From: Bugula neritina | Lineage: Eukaryota > Animalia > Bryozoa | Assembly: GCA_964035545.1 (NCBI GenBank) | Contig: OZ037765.1 | Location: forward strand, 13,712,698 to 13,776,697 | Reading direction: 5' to 3' | DNA length: 64,000 bases | Shown: positions 40,881-54,062 of the stretch, piece by piece | How positions within the stretch are numbered: the first letter of the stretch is position 1 | How the letters are laid out: every line of letters begins with the position of its first letter | Notes under the pieces: model-generated | The model's input: only the letters and a program-made list of their open reading frames with translations | What the model was told of the DNA's origin: nothing | The model's database searches: none | Made by a program: the position numbers and the translations under genes

Positions 40881-43800
40881 ATGGTAATGCATGCAAGAAA
40901 ACTCCCTCGCCTCAACGACGGGTAATATGGAATTTAATATTTTTCTTTTACTTTTACTTTTAGTTTTACTTTTACTTTTAGTAATAGTTGGACCTAGAAT
41001 TAATGTTATGTTGCAGTTATACTAATACTTTGTAAGTTATAAGATCAAGTTTAGGTTAAGCTTAATATTACAATAATAATGATAACAATTTTAGTTTGCA
41101 ATAATAATAATATGAGTAACTAATGTTATTACTATTAGTATTACTATTAGTATTACTATTACTAGAATAAATTTAAGCGAATGAAATATCAATATGAATA
41201 TGAAAATAAAATTAAAGTTTAAATGTTTAACTTTTTTAATTTTAAATTTATTAAATACTAAATAGTAAATAAAATACTATTAGTGTTAGCATTACTATAG
41301 TATTACTATTAATAACTTGAAGCTCAGTGATAAACTTTAGGCATAAGAACAAAATTAAATAAAAAAGATAAATCTAAGTTAAGCTTAAGGAGTGTGGAAT
41401 TACACTGTAATAAAGTGAAAATTGGCTTACTATGATTTAAGGCTAGCAGTTGTAAACATCGAGTAACAATAATGGCTTAAATGCAGCTTTCAAGTTTGAC
41501 ATTTCAAGTTGGAACACCAATTTTGTTATTATGGCAATGACAAGTTGCAGCTTAATATAATTAATTCAAATATATTTTTCCTTATTTGACTCCAGTTGTT
41601 GAATATTTATGGCCATTCTTTGATTTCAAATATAATTTAGTGATATTATGCTATTTGATAAAAATTAGAACTGGTCACCTTGGTGGGTCTTTGCTTGATA
41701 CCAAGTTCTACCAGACTTCTCCATCGCACTCGATCTTCAGCATCTGCACTATCTAGATCAAGCCATCTAAGGTCTGAGTTTATTGTATCTACCCCTAGGT
41801 CGAACACCTTCAATTGTCATCTCTGACACTCTCCGGATGTCATCCTCACTTTCTCTCCTTCTAACATGCCCATACCACTGCATTCGTCTCTTTCTCATCA
41901 GGTCTTTAATCGGCATCACTCTGGCTTCTGCTGTTATTTCCTCATTTGACTTATGATCCTCTAAACTGACATTCAAGCAGTATCGTAGCATGCGCATCTC
42001 ACATGATGACATCTTATCCGCCAGAGATTTAGAGTTAGAACTGGTTGTTGTAAATTTTCCAATTTTATAATATGCTTCTGCTCTCTCTGTGCTCTGTGGC
42101 ATTCTATCTGTTATATTAGTAGCAAGCTGTAAATAACAAATACACAAATACCTAAGGTTTCCATGTAACACCAAGGGTTTAAATATAACACAATCAGATG
42201 CGTGTGATGACTATTAGATTTATAATATGTTTTTTCTATATAGCAGATTTGTCAAATGAAAGACAAATTTATGGAATTAAAGTTCAGGAATCCTCATCAT
42301 CTTTATATATACATTATCAATAAATTTACGGAATAAATTGTGCTACATGCATTACTATACCTGTCAAAGCAGCAATTTGTCTGTGCCATATGTATACTAG
42401 ATAACTTTTTCACATTTTTCTTCAAGTAATTTATTTAACCTCATATTCTTTTGAGATGAAAATCTTATTATGTACAGAGTTTATGCGTGATTTGATGTTT
42501 ACACCGAGGTTGCTTCTTATTTTGTAGATATTTTGATCGCCATGACTATCAAGAGGTATGTTTGCTGTTTTTTACACACACTTGCAGCTGATCAAAAGTT
42601 TAGACTATTCATATAATAAGCATTAATTTGACATCTCTTTCATACATTAAAATAATAATGTGATGTATATTATATCAATGTTAATAACTAGTATTGGTTG
42701 TCAATGAAAAGATGTTTTGCTATAAACAGCATTTCAAGTGCTTATTTTAAACTCCTCAATAATTAATGATAGCACCTGGAGTGCTTGTTATGTTACCCAA
42801 ATCAAGTAATATTATTCAAGAATTGATATTCTGTACTTACAAAGTCAACAATTCTTCCAGCTATACATAGCACCCTGCTGACTCTTGCCACTATTACGTT
42901 CTATCTCATTTGATAGAAACAAAACAAAAAAGTAGCAATTACAGAAAAATATTAGCATTTACAGTCACATAGTGTGATAAATTTCAAGTAATTGTAAACT
43001 ATTTTACTAACAAGTATACAATCTTGCTGGTGAAACTGTTCTATTCTTTCTAAATAAACTCTAACTTTTAGCTTGTCAGTTATTTGGTTGCCATACAATT
43101 GCCTCTTCTCTGAATTTAGTGTAAGTTATGCTGTAAGATTGTAAGTTTAAGTTATGTCTTTTATGTTCCTTCATTTTCTCCAATTTTATGTCTGAATTTC
43201 ATTAAATTAATTTGCAATAACCATTTTCATGGTATAGGACAAGAATGAACGGTTTCAAGGGCGAGTCAATAGCTATGATAAAGTTGCACATGTTCGCCGA
43301 GCCCGGGATGAATATGGTGTAGTAAATGATAATATGAGATATAACCATAAACTCCCGTATAATGACAGAGTGAGAACTGATCGAGAGCGACATAAATGTA
43401 AGAAATTTATTTTCCAATCACTCAACTTATTGAATTTTTTCAGACTTGTCTTTGTTGTAAATTATTATATTCATGTTGTGATTATCATAATTTGTCAATG
43501 CTGTTTCAGGTAGCAAAGAGAAAGATAGGTACCCAAGAGAGGAGTACCGTAACTCTGTGGACAGATACCAAGTTTGTTCTGGGACTGCTAATAATAACCA
43601 TAGAAATAGTAATTCAAGTTCTGACACTCCTGGAGAGTTTAGTCTCGCAGAGAATAAGGAATATAGCCGTATAAGTGATGATCACAAATCTGTGACTGTC
43701 TCTACAGCGACTTCTAAGAAATCACAGTCCAACCAAACTAAAGAGCAGGTAGTTTTACAAGATTTTCTTAATACTACACAATATATGAATTTACTGGTAA

Positions 43801-46800
43801 TTTACTGGTAAATTTTGAGCTAAAAGTTTCTTTATAGAGATTTTGGTTATGGTGATGAGTTTATTAATCAAGCATTTCATGCAATTAGATGCTTAAGTAT
43901 GTTTATAGAAAATGTCACCAGCCAAACTGCAATGTGTGCTCCGATGTATTCATATGTGTTTCTCTGAGTGTGTAAAGCTGACTGGTCATGTGGTGTTGTA
44001 ATGTGAATGGGTCCTAGACAGGTTGTTCTTGTGTTTTCAGTCACAGAAAGTGGCACTGCGAGTTTGTGGAGATTGGTCAGAGCATGTTAGCTCTTCTGGT
44101 AAGAAGTATTTTTATAACTGCAAGACAGAAATATCCCAATGGGTAAAACCAAAGGAGTGGAAGAATTCTGACGAGCAGTAAGAGTCTTATCCTAATTTAT
44201 TTCAAACTTTTCCTGCACAATTCATGCCAGTATTACTCATACTACAACCTTTATTTTGCTCTCCTATGTTTCATAGGTCAGAGCTCTTCAACCCTTTCTA
44301 TTCATCACAGGACTATCTTTGCTACATCATTATTGTATTATTGCTAAGACTTTGGTCATTAGTTTAAATATTAACTCAAACTGCTTTCTACTTTGAAGTT
44401 GCCCTTCCAAAATTTTTTTTCTTGTGTCAGGACACCAATTATTATTACTGCTGCTCATGCAAGGAGATACAACTATTTTAAATAAATAATTGTATGCCCT
44501 TGACACAAATATTGTGACTGATTTGCCTGAAACTTAGTTTCACCAAACCACTGTTCCTCAATTTTGAATCTCATGTTTTTTCCAGAAATACTGTTGATAA
44601 TGTATAGTTGATTCTTCTCAAATAACTAATTGTTTGAGAGAGTTTTTGACTTTCAGTCAATGTATGAAACTTGATTCTAAATTCTGAATATGCAGAATGC
44701 GCTAAACACTGTTATGTGTTATTTTAGAGTTAAACAGGCAAATGTTAGAGTGGTGTCCTCATCAGCTAATAGCTCAAAAGCTAATAGAGGTGAGTACTTT
44801 ATCTCTTCTATAAGTCCAGCTGTTTACAATCTGTGAAGATGACCTGTTTGGGTGTATGTTAAGAGCTTAGCACCTACAAGGTGTTGTAGCCTTTGTAGTT
44901 ACTCTCCCCTGCATTTTTCTCAGTTCCAAGTCTCATTAATTTATTTAGTTTTTTTTCTTACTCCTGTTGGCTTCACTTTAATACTATCTCAGCGGTTTGA
45001 TGATTATCCTATAGATATTTTGAACAATGACTAGTTTTTAATGTTTTGTGTGTAATGTTCTCAATATATAGCTAGTGTTGGTTGTCCATTTTGAGGAAGC
45101 TCTATATCTGGGGTTTGATAATGTTATTTAATACACTTCTTTTAATCTTTTTATCCAACGATAATTTGTTTTTATTGTGGAATTACTTTACACAAGATAT
45201 GCTTTATAAATGTGTATATGCTGTTTTTTTATTCCTGAGTAGATTCAGCAGAGCGAAATGGAGCCATTAACAGATCTGTATCTGTAGACTCTCTCGAATC
45301 AAAAACCAACCACAACAAAGCTAACTCCAGCAACAGCCTGGATTCTTATTCTACTACAAACACTAGCAGCAGTGACTTAGGGGGCCTAGACAAAACGGAC
45401 AAACTCTACTCGGATAGTTATACATGCAGTCAGGGTGGAGTAAATATGTCTTCAAGTGACAAGTCTAAAAGTAGTAGAGAGAGCAATGGTACACATGCTC
45501 ATCATTTACATGATGTGCATTCTTCGTTCACTTCTCCGGCACTATCTTCTTCTTCCAGAGGGACCGCTAGTCCGTCAGCAGTTGCTAGCAAGACTGCTAA
45601 ATATGGTGAGAAGAAGCTGCCCAATGGGAACACTGGTAGGTTCTCTATAATTGCATTATCTTCCTGTGCAAATAGTTCAATTAACTTTTTTCTTAATGAT
45701 CTGTCTAATAACAAAAGTACCCAAAACTGTTTCTATTGCTTAGTTAAAAAGTTGATTTCTTTTTCAAAAACAATTGTGATTGCTGTGTTACCTGCTAAGA
45801 ATCAATTTTTATTACTTGCTTAACTTTAAAACAGCTGCCAATTTCAATTTTCTGATCACCTGAAAAAGAATAGAGTATGTGTGTCAAGTTGCTATAAGCA
45901 AGTAGAGTTTACTTGACTTATATTATTAGAAAGGTTCTTAGCTAAGCTGTATTACTTTTGCATGTTTCAGGTGACAGTTTGCGCATCAAAGTTATTTGCT
46001 TTGAAAAAATTGTTTCCTGTGCTTGTTATTCTGCAGTAGAAATTAATCACAGTACTAGCATAATTTCACACTTTACATAAGTCTAACTTAAGTTTATAAA
46101 GTGGATTTCAAGTACATAGATTTTAAAGCTTGCAGTTATCTTCATGTTGACTTTACTTTAGGGAAGATTTACCATCTTTATACCCTTTTTTCATATGCTT
46201 AGAATTGTGAAGCTGAGACTAGAAATGACTGCTGTAACATTTTAAGTAGCTGGAAAAAGTCTAACCCAATTTTTTGTGGTGAAAATAGAGGTTTAGAGTT
46301 CCTCTCCTATCGTATTTATAATATCTTATAAATGGAAGCAGTGACTGAAAGCAAACATATTTTAAACTTAGATTACTTAGGTAGGACCTGCATGCGCAAA
46401 CTGACAGCTGGAAACCTTTGTAGTTGAAAATAGTACTGTACACATTGTTTCTGCTAGCTTTTTTTTAATGACCAATTTTAGGAAAACTGACATGGTTTTT
46501 CCACATTCATACAGTTTGTTACAGGCCCTATCAACCTTTGACTTGTCAAAGTGATACATAGCAACCTAGGGTCGTTCTATCCTACACTTGCTACTATCAA
46601 TGCCTATTCCCAGATTCAATCATAACCTGCCCAATTATTGTCTTATGACCTATGAGAATATGTAACTGTTGGCTCTCTTTGTGCAGTATATAGAGGATTT
46701 TTGTTGGTCTAAAATAATCATTGGTGATACAATGGTTTCAATGCCATGTTTGTTTGTTTGTTAACGCTACTTAGCATTCACTGAGGATATATATGTAGTT

Positions 46801-49800
46801 GTTAATATTTTGTCTTAGATGGAAGTGGTGACGATATGGATATTTCTCCTGACGGGTCACCAAAAACTTTGCAGAAGTCTGGGTACTCGGTGTCTTCCGG
46901 TAGCAAGAGAGAGTCGGGTAAATTAGAGAGTGCAGAACACAGAAGAGAAGGAGGTTCTCAGCAAACCGCAAACACAGAGCAAAACATGATATGGGGAAAA
47001 GGTATGTCTTGACATTTAGTAATCCTTTAGTGATTCTAGTGGCGAAGGTATAATATGCTTTTTGTGGTTTATGCTAAAGATTGTTGTGATCTCAATATGC
47101 CAAATAGAGACATTTGTTTTTATATTTATATATACATTTATTCTCTATGCTGTACATGTGTTATGCAAGTATTTTATATTACAGTCTCAGATTTATCTGT
47201 CAGTAAAATCTCTTAATTGATCTAATCAGAAAAAAAATTGCAACCACATGAACTTGAAATAGAACTTGTACTATAAACCAAAATGTAGATAAAGAACAAA
47301 TGACATTTTGAACTTGGAGTAATATCATTCAACTTTAGCTTTTCAATGTTGTGCAATCATTTTTAACTGAATTATGTTTCTTCAATGTTGTGGTCCTTTA
47401 GCCAGCTAAGTTTCACATAGAATAGCTTACAATATAGCTAACTAGTAGTATAAGTTGAAAGTTATGTAGAAGGTTTGTTTAGGCTGCATGTTAAGTAAAA
47501 ACTACAAGCAATGTCACTAATTTATATCACTAATAATTATATCTATTGTGCACTTAAACCAGAAGGTTTCTACAGTCATGCGTAGAATTAAATTATTGGA
47601 ATTGAAATAATTCAACTTTGCTTAATTTCATCAATATTAATTCATAATTTTAGTTTAGCTCAGGATCTGAAATGAAATCTCTAATTATATTTCATGAATT
47701 AATTTGTAGCTAATAATGATTATAGTTAAGTAATAGCCTAATCTAATCTTTTAGTTTTGGGTTATGAAATAATTTGTAGATCTATCCAGTTGGTATGCTA
47801 GTTTAAATGTGGCAAGTTCTCGAATTTGTGAAAAATTGATTCTGGTGTGTTATATATATATAATATGCAAATATATATCTTATGTTATAAGTATATATAG
47901 TTTTACCAATATAAATCCTGTGTTAGATCTTCCGTTTATCTTCAGCTCATTCAGCATCATATTTCCCAGCATTCACTCATACTTTACAGAGTTTTCTTGC
48001 AGCTAAATTCATTTTTAACCTTCTTGAAGAAGTACAATAAATTTAATGTGCATCTAGCACAATCTTACGGTTTGGTATCATTTTTAAAGCTAATGATAGA
48101 TTTTTGGTTTGATTCTACAAATACCTGTTTCCAAGTCTAACTTAGCTATTGTTTTAAGTTTGCCAACATAAAATTACTTTTCAGCATTAGTCATTATATC
48201 TTACCTGTCTCTAATGTCAACACAGTACCTAGTATAGGGGAATCTGGTGCTTAAAGCAATAATTAGTGTCATAGTGCTTCAAACTGAGGGAAAATAATGA
48301 AACTTATTTTAGGATACTTAAAAATATTGGCTACTCTGTCAGCAGGGTAACCAGAGAGGCAATTGTTGAACAAATACTATATAACCCCAAACATCAAGGA
48401 CTTCTTGAAGATTTGGTTAATTGCGATGATTATTAAGAGATAATTGATGTGTATATTTTAGCTCTTCAGACTCTGCAAACACTCCAGGAAGTGCTAGAAA
48501 GAAGTAGAAGTAGTAGTAACCATATGGGAACTTGTAAGTTGTTCTGATCTATTAACTTTAGTAACTTGAGATTAACTTCTGTCTCACACAATCATAATAA
48601 TGGTCTCCCACTGTACCATCTACCACACCATATTCTTGCTGCCAAGTTATGGCTTTTTGATCTTGTTAATGTTACGGTAAAGTTGAACCAAACTGGGATA
48701 TATTCCTTAGTTTTTCTGTAGCGTCGGCTGCGTTGTACACAGAAGCATCTCCAAGGTCTGCCCACTCCCAGTCACCTAAAATAATCCCACCTCCAGCTCA
48801 AATGTCTCATGTTGAAAGACTACCAGAAGAAACATCCAGGTTCGCATAATATGTACATGTGTTGTTTATACCAAAAGTACTTTCATTATTTTTCACTCGG
48901 TCACATACATAATCATAAATGTCTGTACTAGAATTATCACTAGTAGAAAATGGTTTACAGATAGAAATTTGTCATTTATGATAGTTATACAGACTATTGT
49001 TTGCTGCTATACATAATATCTAATGTTTAAAATTCAGGGGCAGGAATGGGGACTTTTGAGAAATTATTCTCATAGGTTTTTAATAAACAATAAGGAGGAT
49101 TGGAAATGCTGGTTGTGAAGCCTTATGTCGTTTCTAAATTATCTATTATTGAACCTACCTCAGGCAAAACTATAGTGTGGCCTTTAAACCTTTAGTTACA
49201 CATTTTTGGTTTATGTGCGTGTGACTTGTAGTCCTGTACTTTTATTGCTAAAAAGGCACTTTCTTTGTGTAAGTAACCAATCATAATGCAATAGATAAGA
49301 TAGAACTGGGGAAATTCTAAATAATGTTATTCTACAATTGAATAGTACTATTATAAGAGAATATTGATAATTCTGGCCTGTGGCATGTGAATTTCTCTGT
49401 GCTGACAGCAGCGGCTGCCGAAAGGTTATACAATGTATGTTTTACTGGGATTTTATTTTTTAGCAGTGGTAAAAGTTCTTTGGTGTCAGAGGCTAATCTT
49501 GCGACACTGTCTACCCTCCCAGCTGCTGTGGAATCTCCTGGTACTATCGGTTCAGATTTGACACAATCATTTATTAATTACTATGACCCAGCCTTGGTTA
49601 GCCACATCTCTGGATGGCCGGCTGAACAGCTAGAGTTGAGGGTATGTCATCCCACAGCCTGCACTGCTGGGAAGATTTTTAATCTAATTTTTATTGTTTT
49701 TACTCAGATTTTTTCAATCACTGCTTTTTTCTATTATTGTAGTGAGATGTGAATAATTATGTAACACGGTATAATAGCTGCAAACTAAATAATTTTACCA

Positions 49801-50881
49801 CTGTGTTTAGCTGCTAAATTTATGTGTTTTAGCACAGATAAAGGCCTAACGCAGCTACGTATTTTTGTATTGATGGAACCCATCAACATGTTTTCCAGCA
49901 ACTTGTCTCAAGATGAGAGTTCTATCTATCCAGATTACGAGTTATAGGTTCTAGAAATGTTGTAGGCTCACATGGCGTACAAAGACGGGATGATTATATG
50001 TGGCCATCACTGTGGACAAGTTAGTACAGAGCTGAAACGCGATAGGTCATATGTTAGGATAGCAGAAGTTCAATCAACACTCATTGAGCACCGGTATGCA
50101 GTAACAGTTTATCAATGTTGGCCAAACATACCTGTCACGCTAATATGATGATAAAAACTTTGCTATTTGGTTAGATGTTAGTGCATTTTCTTAGCCAAAA
50201 TTTTTCAGGACACAGTAATCATCAATTTAATACATTCAGTAGAAAAAGTAATGTAATTTTTGAGGTAACTGTTTAGTTTGAAGATTGTTAAATTGATGTA
50301 TATTGCCGAGTGTTACAAGGATGCATTAGAAATGCATAAAATAATTTCTTATCTGATTTTTATGTTTTTGCTGTTGAAAATAGAATTACTTGCTCTAAAA
50401 ACAGTCTTCAATCAGGCTTGCATTAAAAATTGAAATTTGAATAGTTGAGAAAATGTTTCCCCAAATTTCTTAGCTGGGCGGAAACTTTTATGTTGGATTG
50501 AATTCTATGCAATTGCATTCTCCGTGTTTTATAAAGGGTAATGTAGTAGATACAAGTTTCAAAGCTAGAGTAGTTTTACCAAAATGGTATATGTTGCCAA
50601 ATAAATAAATGACTCCCATTCACGTTTCATCAAGGACTTCTCTTCTAGCTTAAAGAGTTATAGTTTTTTTTTCAAAAATAGGGGTGTAGGCTTGTTTTTT
50701 ACTTTATTTGTAACACTTTTGCTGTAAACTGAGATTACTTTCACTATGATATCCTACCGTATTGTTTCACTATGTTAAATATTGCTGATGGAAGGTTCTA
50801 TTTTGTAGGATTATGTTCCTGAAGCAACAAATATCGGAATTAGAAACACATGACAAAAGTTTTACATCCAGTCAAACGTAG
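40881..50881 (+). CDS. WAC: WW domain-containing adapter with coiled-coil
   Basis: [14 protein letters not shown]|YFD (40881-40921, 42528-42555); exons 43238-43397, 43510-43748; WW exon 44041-44177 ([28 protein letters not shown]); DMDISP near 46830; [16 protein letters not shown] (~49580); C-terminal coiled coil [33 protein letters not shown]; stop 50879-50881. Exons between 47001 and 48462 are unresolved. Confidence 0.92.
41770..42025 (-). mobile_element. RTE-clade LINE 3' fragment in WAC intron 1
   Basis: [30 protein letters not shown], the typical RTE C-terminus. Confidence 0.85.
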
Positions 50882-53016
50882 CACTTCGTGCCAGCTGCAG
50901 CACTCATGTATATACTTTATTTGATTATGTTTTTTGTTAAAATTACGAGACTCTATGTGTAAATAATGTAGTAAAGGCTAATACAAGCTCATATATTAAT
51001 GTGCCGTTATATTAAATATTATTTGTTTGGTCTGTGTATATCAGGTTCATGTGTCAGATAGGTATTCAAAATACATTGTACTTGTATACATCGGTTTTTA
51101 GTAAAAGTTTTGTGCAATAAGTGCAGAATTATGTTTATGTAATATTTATATTCTGCAAGATTTTACAGGGAAAGTTGTATCTATTGTTGTATCTGGCATT
51201 TGATTGGTATGCATAAATTGAGCATGTTTTTCAAAAAGTAATATATCTGCCAAGAGGTGGTTTCTCTCCTAAAAAGACAATTGTGTAAGCATATTTTTGT
51301 TTTATGGGTCATTGTCAGGTTACCAATGGCCTATATTTTGTTGTTAATCAATTTTTTTCATTAGTTTCAATAACATATTATTAGCTTTATCTAAATCGCA
51401 CTTTAAATTATAAAAATAAAATTGTACGTTCAACGTAATGTTTCTTCATAGGTGAGAGGTTACTTCTTATTTTATACAAAATATGAAGTTGAAAAAAACT
51501 AACTAATTTTTTTGAATGTGCTGACTAAACGTGTAAATGCAGCAGATTTTCTCTAAATTAAAATTCATATAATAAATTTTTGGTTTAATACTACAAGGCA
51601 TTTTGACTATAAAATTGTTGCACATTACCACAAACTATCTAGAAATTAAATTGTACCATAGAATTAATGACAGACCAGTTTTCTTTTAGCAACTTAAAAT
51701 CTCCAGAGCTTGCTGTCTGTACATGCAGGAGCTTACTATTTATCACATTAAACTGGTTTCTGCCAGTGCAAATACCACCAGATGTTCTCCCTGCAGTAGC
51801 TAGTTGGTCTGCACTTCAATTTTTGTTCAAGCAGACTGTTCATAATTTAGTGGTTCATTTTATTAAACCATACAGTTATGCCTGATACTACACTGAGTAA
51901 GGGTTTGACTTTAACTTTACTTTATCCGATCTATTCATATTAATTTGAGGAGGGAAGCCACTACAGTCTCAACATTTAAATTATTCCTGATATGCGATGA
52001 GTGCAAAGGTAAGTCTGTTTGTCCTTTTAGTATGCTGCTAATATTTTATAAACAGACTTAGTAGTAGTTGTGTTGGTATAGCAGCTAATGTTTTAGTGTA
52101 AAATAGTTTGTTTAACCAAATGGTTGGATATGTTATAAGCATATCTGAAAAAAACTATATATTTGATCATAGATGTTTTATAAAATTGAAAAAATGGGTG
52201 TAGGACTGAAATATGCCCACAAAATGCTGCATAAAGTGTGCTGTATAATCGCCCCTCAAAGAAAGTCAAGTGTTGTATTTTAGTCGGCAGTGTACTGCAA
52301 GCATCGAACTCAATAATATCTCAGCTCAGCTCAGTGACTGCAAGTGTGTGCAAGGCTAAGTAATAATATTTAATATAACTGATGCCATATCCTAAGATAT
52401 GTTATTCACAGTCTTGCATAGTTTAATATTTTATTGAAATTAATCATGGCCCCCCGACACAACTGTAAATTGATTGTAATATGTTTTAATGGTTTCTAGT
52501 AAAATGAACTAAAATGTCTTCGGAGGGGCGGGCTACAAAAGTTACATTTTTAAGTTGTTGCCTCTTTATTATCTACTTACATCTGATAGCTTTTAAGTCG
52601 GGTTTTAATTTTAAAACACCCGATTGAAATATTGGTCCTGCAAAAAGTCTACATTTACAAGAAGTGACGTTTTTGGTAAGTTCTTTGTGTGTCATTTGAC
52701 ATAATTTTGACTGCAGCCATCACCAGACTCAGTCCAAATTATAAATTAATAGTTTTTTACAGTTTCAAATTTTTACTTTTTGGCGTTCTATTGTTTTGTT
52801 ACATTATTTTCATCTTATAATAGTTAATAATAATTACTTCAAGTTGAAGCTCAACTCGTAACAGTAAGTCAAAGTGTAACGGGCACATAATTTTAATTAA
52901 AATAAAAACTCACTGACTCAAGCTGAGTTTTAGTGAACTTAAACGTTAACTTAAATAACCATATATAGATAACTTTTAAGCTACTAAAAATCTGCTGACA
53001 TCTGGTATATTTTTAG

Positions 53017-53048
53017 TCTTGCATCATTTGAGCGGAGCCAAAGAAGAG
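53017..53048 (+). other. Putative non-coding 5' exon of eIF4G2
   Basis: Consensus donor GAG|GTAAGT at 53049, in a CpG-containing region about 1 kb upstream of the first coding exon. Confidence 0.5.
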
Positions 53049-54062
53049 GTAAGTCGATCGTTTTGAAATTCAAATTGTTATTGAATGATAACAAATTAAA
53101 AATTAATATAGTATATACCTATACCTAATCTTATAGTCGTAGATATGATCTATTTTTTATTCAGTTTAATTAATATAAATATTAATATAATTACATATAT
53201 AATATTAATTTGATATAACTATATATTATTTATAGTTTGTATATTAATATTATAATCATTATTATATTTGTTCTTGTTGAGTTGTGGTACAAACATTACG
53301 TTTATCATAAATTCATAATGATAATAATTAATAATATTGAAAATATTGTAATGATTTTCATTAATATTCATATTGATAATACTAGGAGTAAGATTAAGAG
53401 TAAGTTTAACCGTATATTTTTTTCAATATCCCAATGTTGAGTATGACTCAGTTTCAAACTGAATGTAAAATAAATTTAGACATTGAAGTAGTAATTGGGT
53501 AATTTCATTTAATTTATTCCGCGTGCATCTAGTTCTACTGTCATATAATTGTATTTATATGTCTTTTCAGCCATTATTTTACTATATAATTTAAATGATC
53601 AATATCATGGATATAATAGTGAATATCAATATGTAATTCAAAACTAATAATTGGAAATTACTGATTTAGACAATAAGAAGCTATTTTTAATGACTAAACA
53701 AAGGTTACCTATTAGCTCTACCGATGTAATTTTTATACACATGATATATACAGTATCGATTGTTCGATGTTTTTTAAAATTAAAATTTTCAATAGAATTT
53801 GAATAATCTTTTATGATTGGTAACTGTAAGTAATATCAGGTAAATGTAAATATGTCAATACATTTTTAATCGATAAAGTGAATGGCTATAATACATTTCA
53901 TAATAAACAGTTTTTCTTTTATTGAGAATGGTATTAAGCATGATTTTCACAACCTTTTTGCAGAAATCATGCTTAGTGTTGCATGTAGAAAGCTAAGCTG
54001 AGTGGTTTTTTTCACTACTAAGTTACTGTTTTTCTTTTAGAAGGTTTCATCCAGATTAAACT

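Noticed and set aside
43850-43970. Box C (GTGATGA) and box D (CTGA) pair in a WAC intron
   Set aside because: No terminal stem or recognisable rRNA antisense element.
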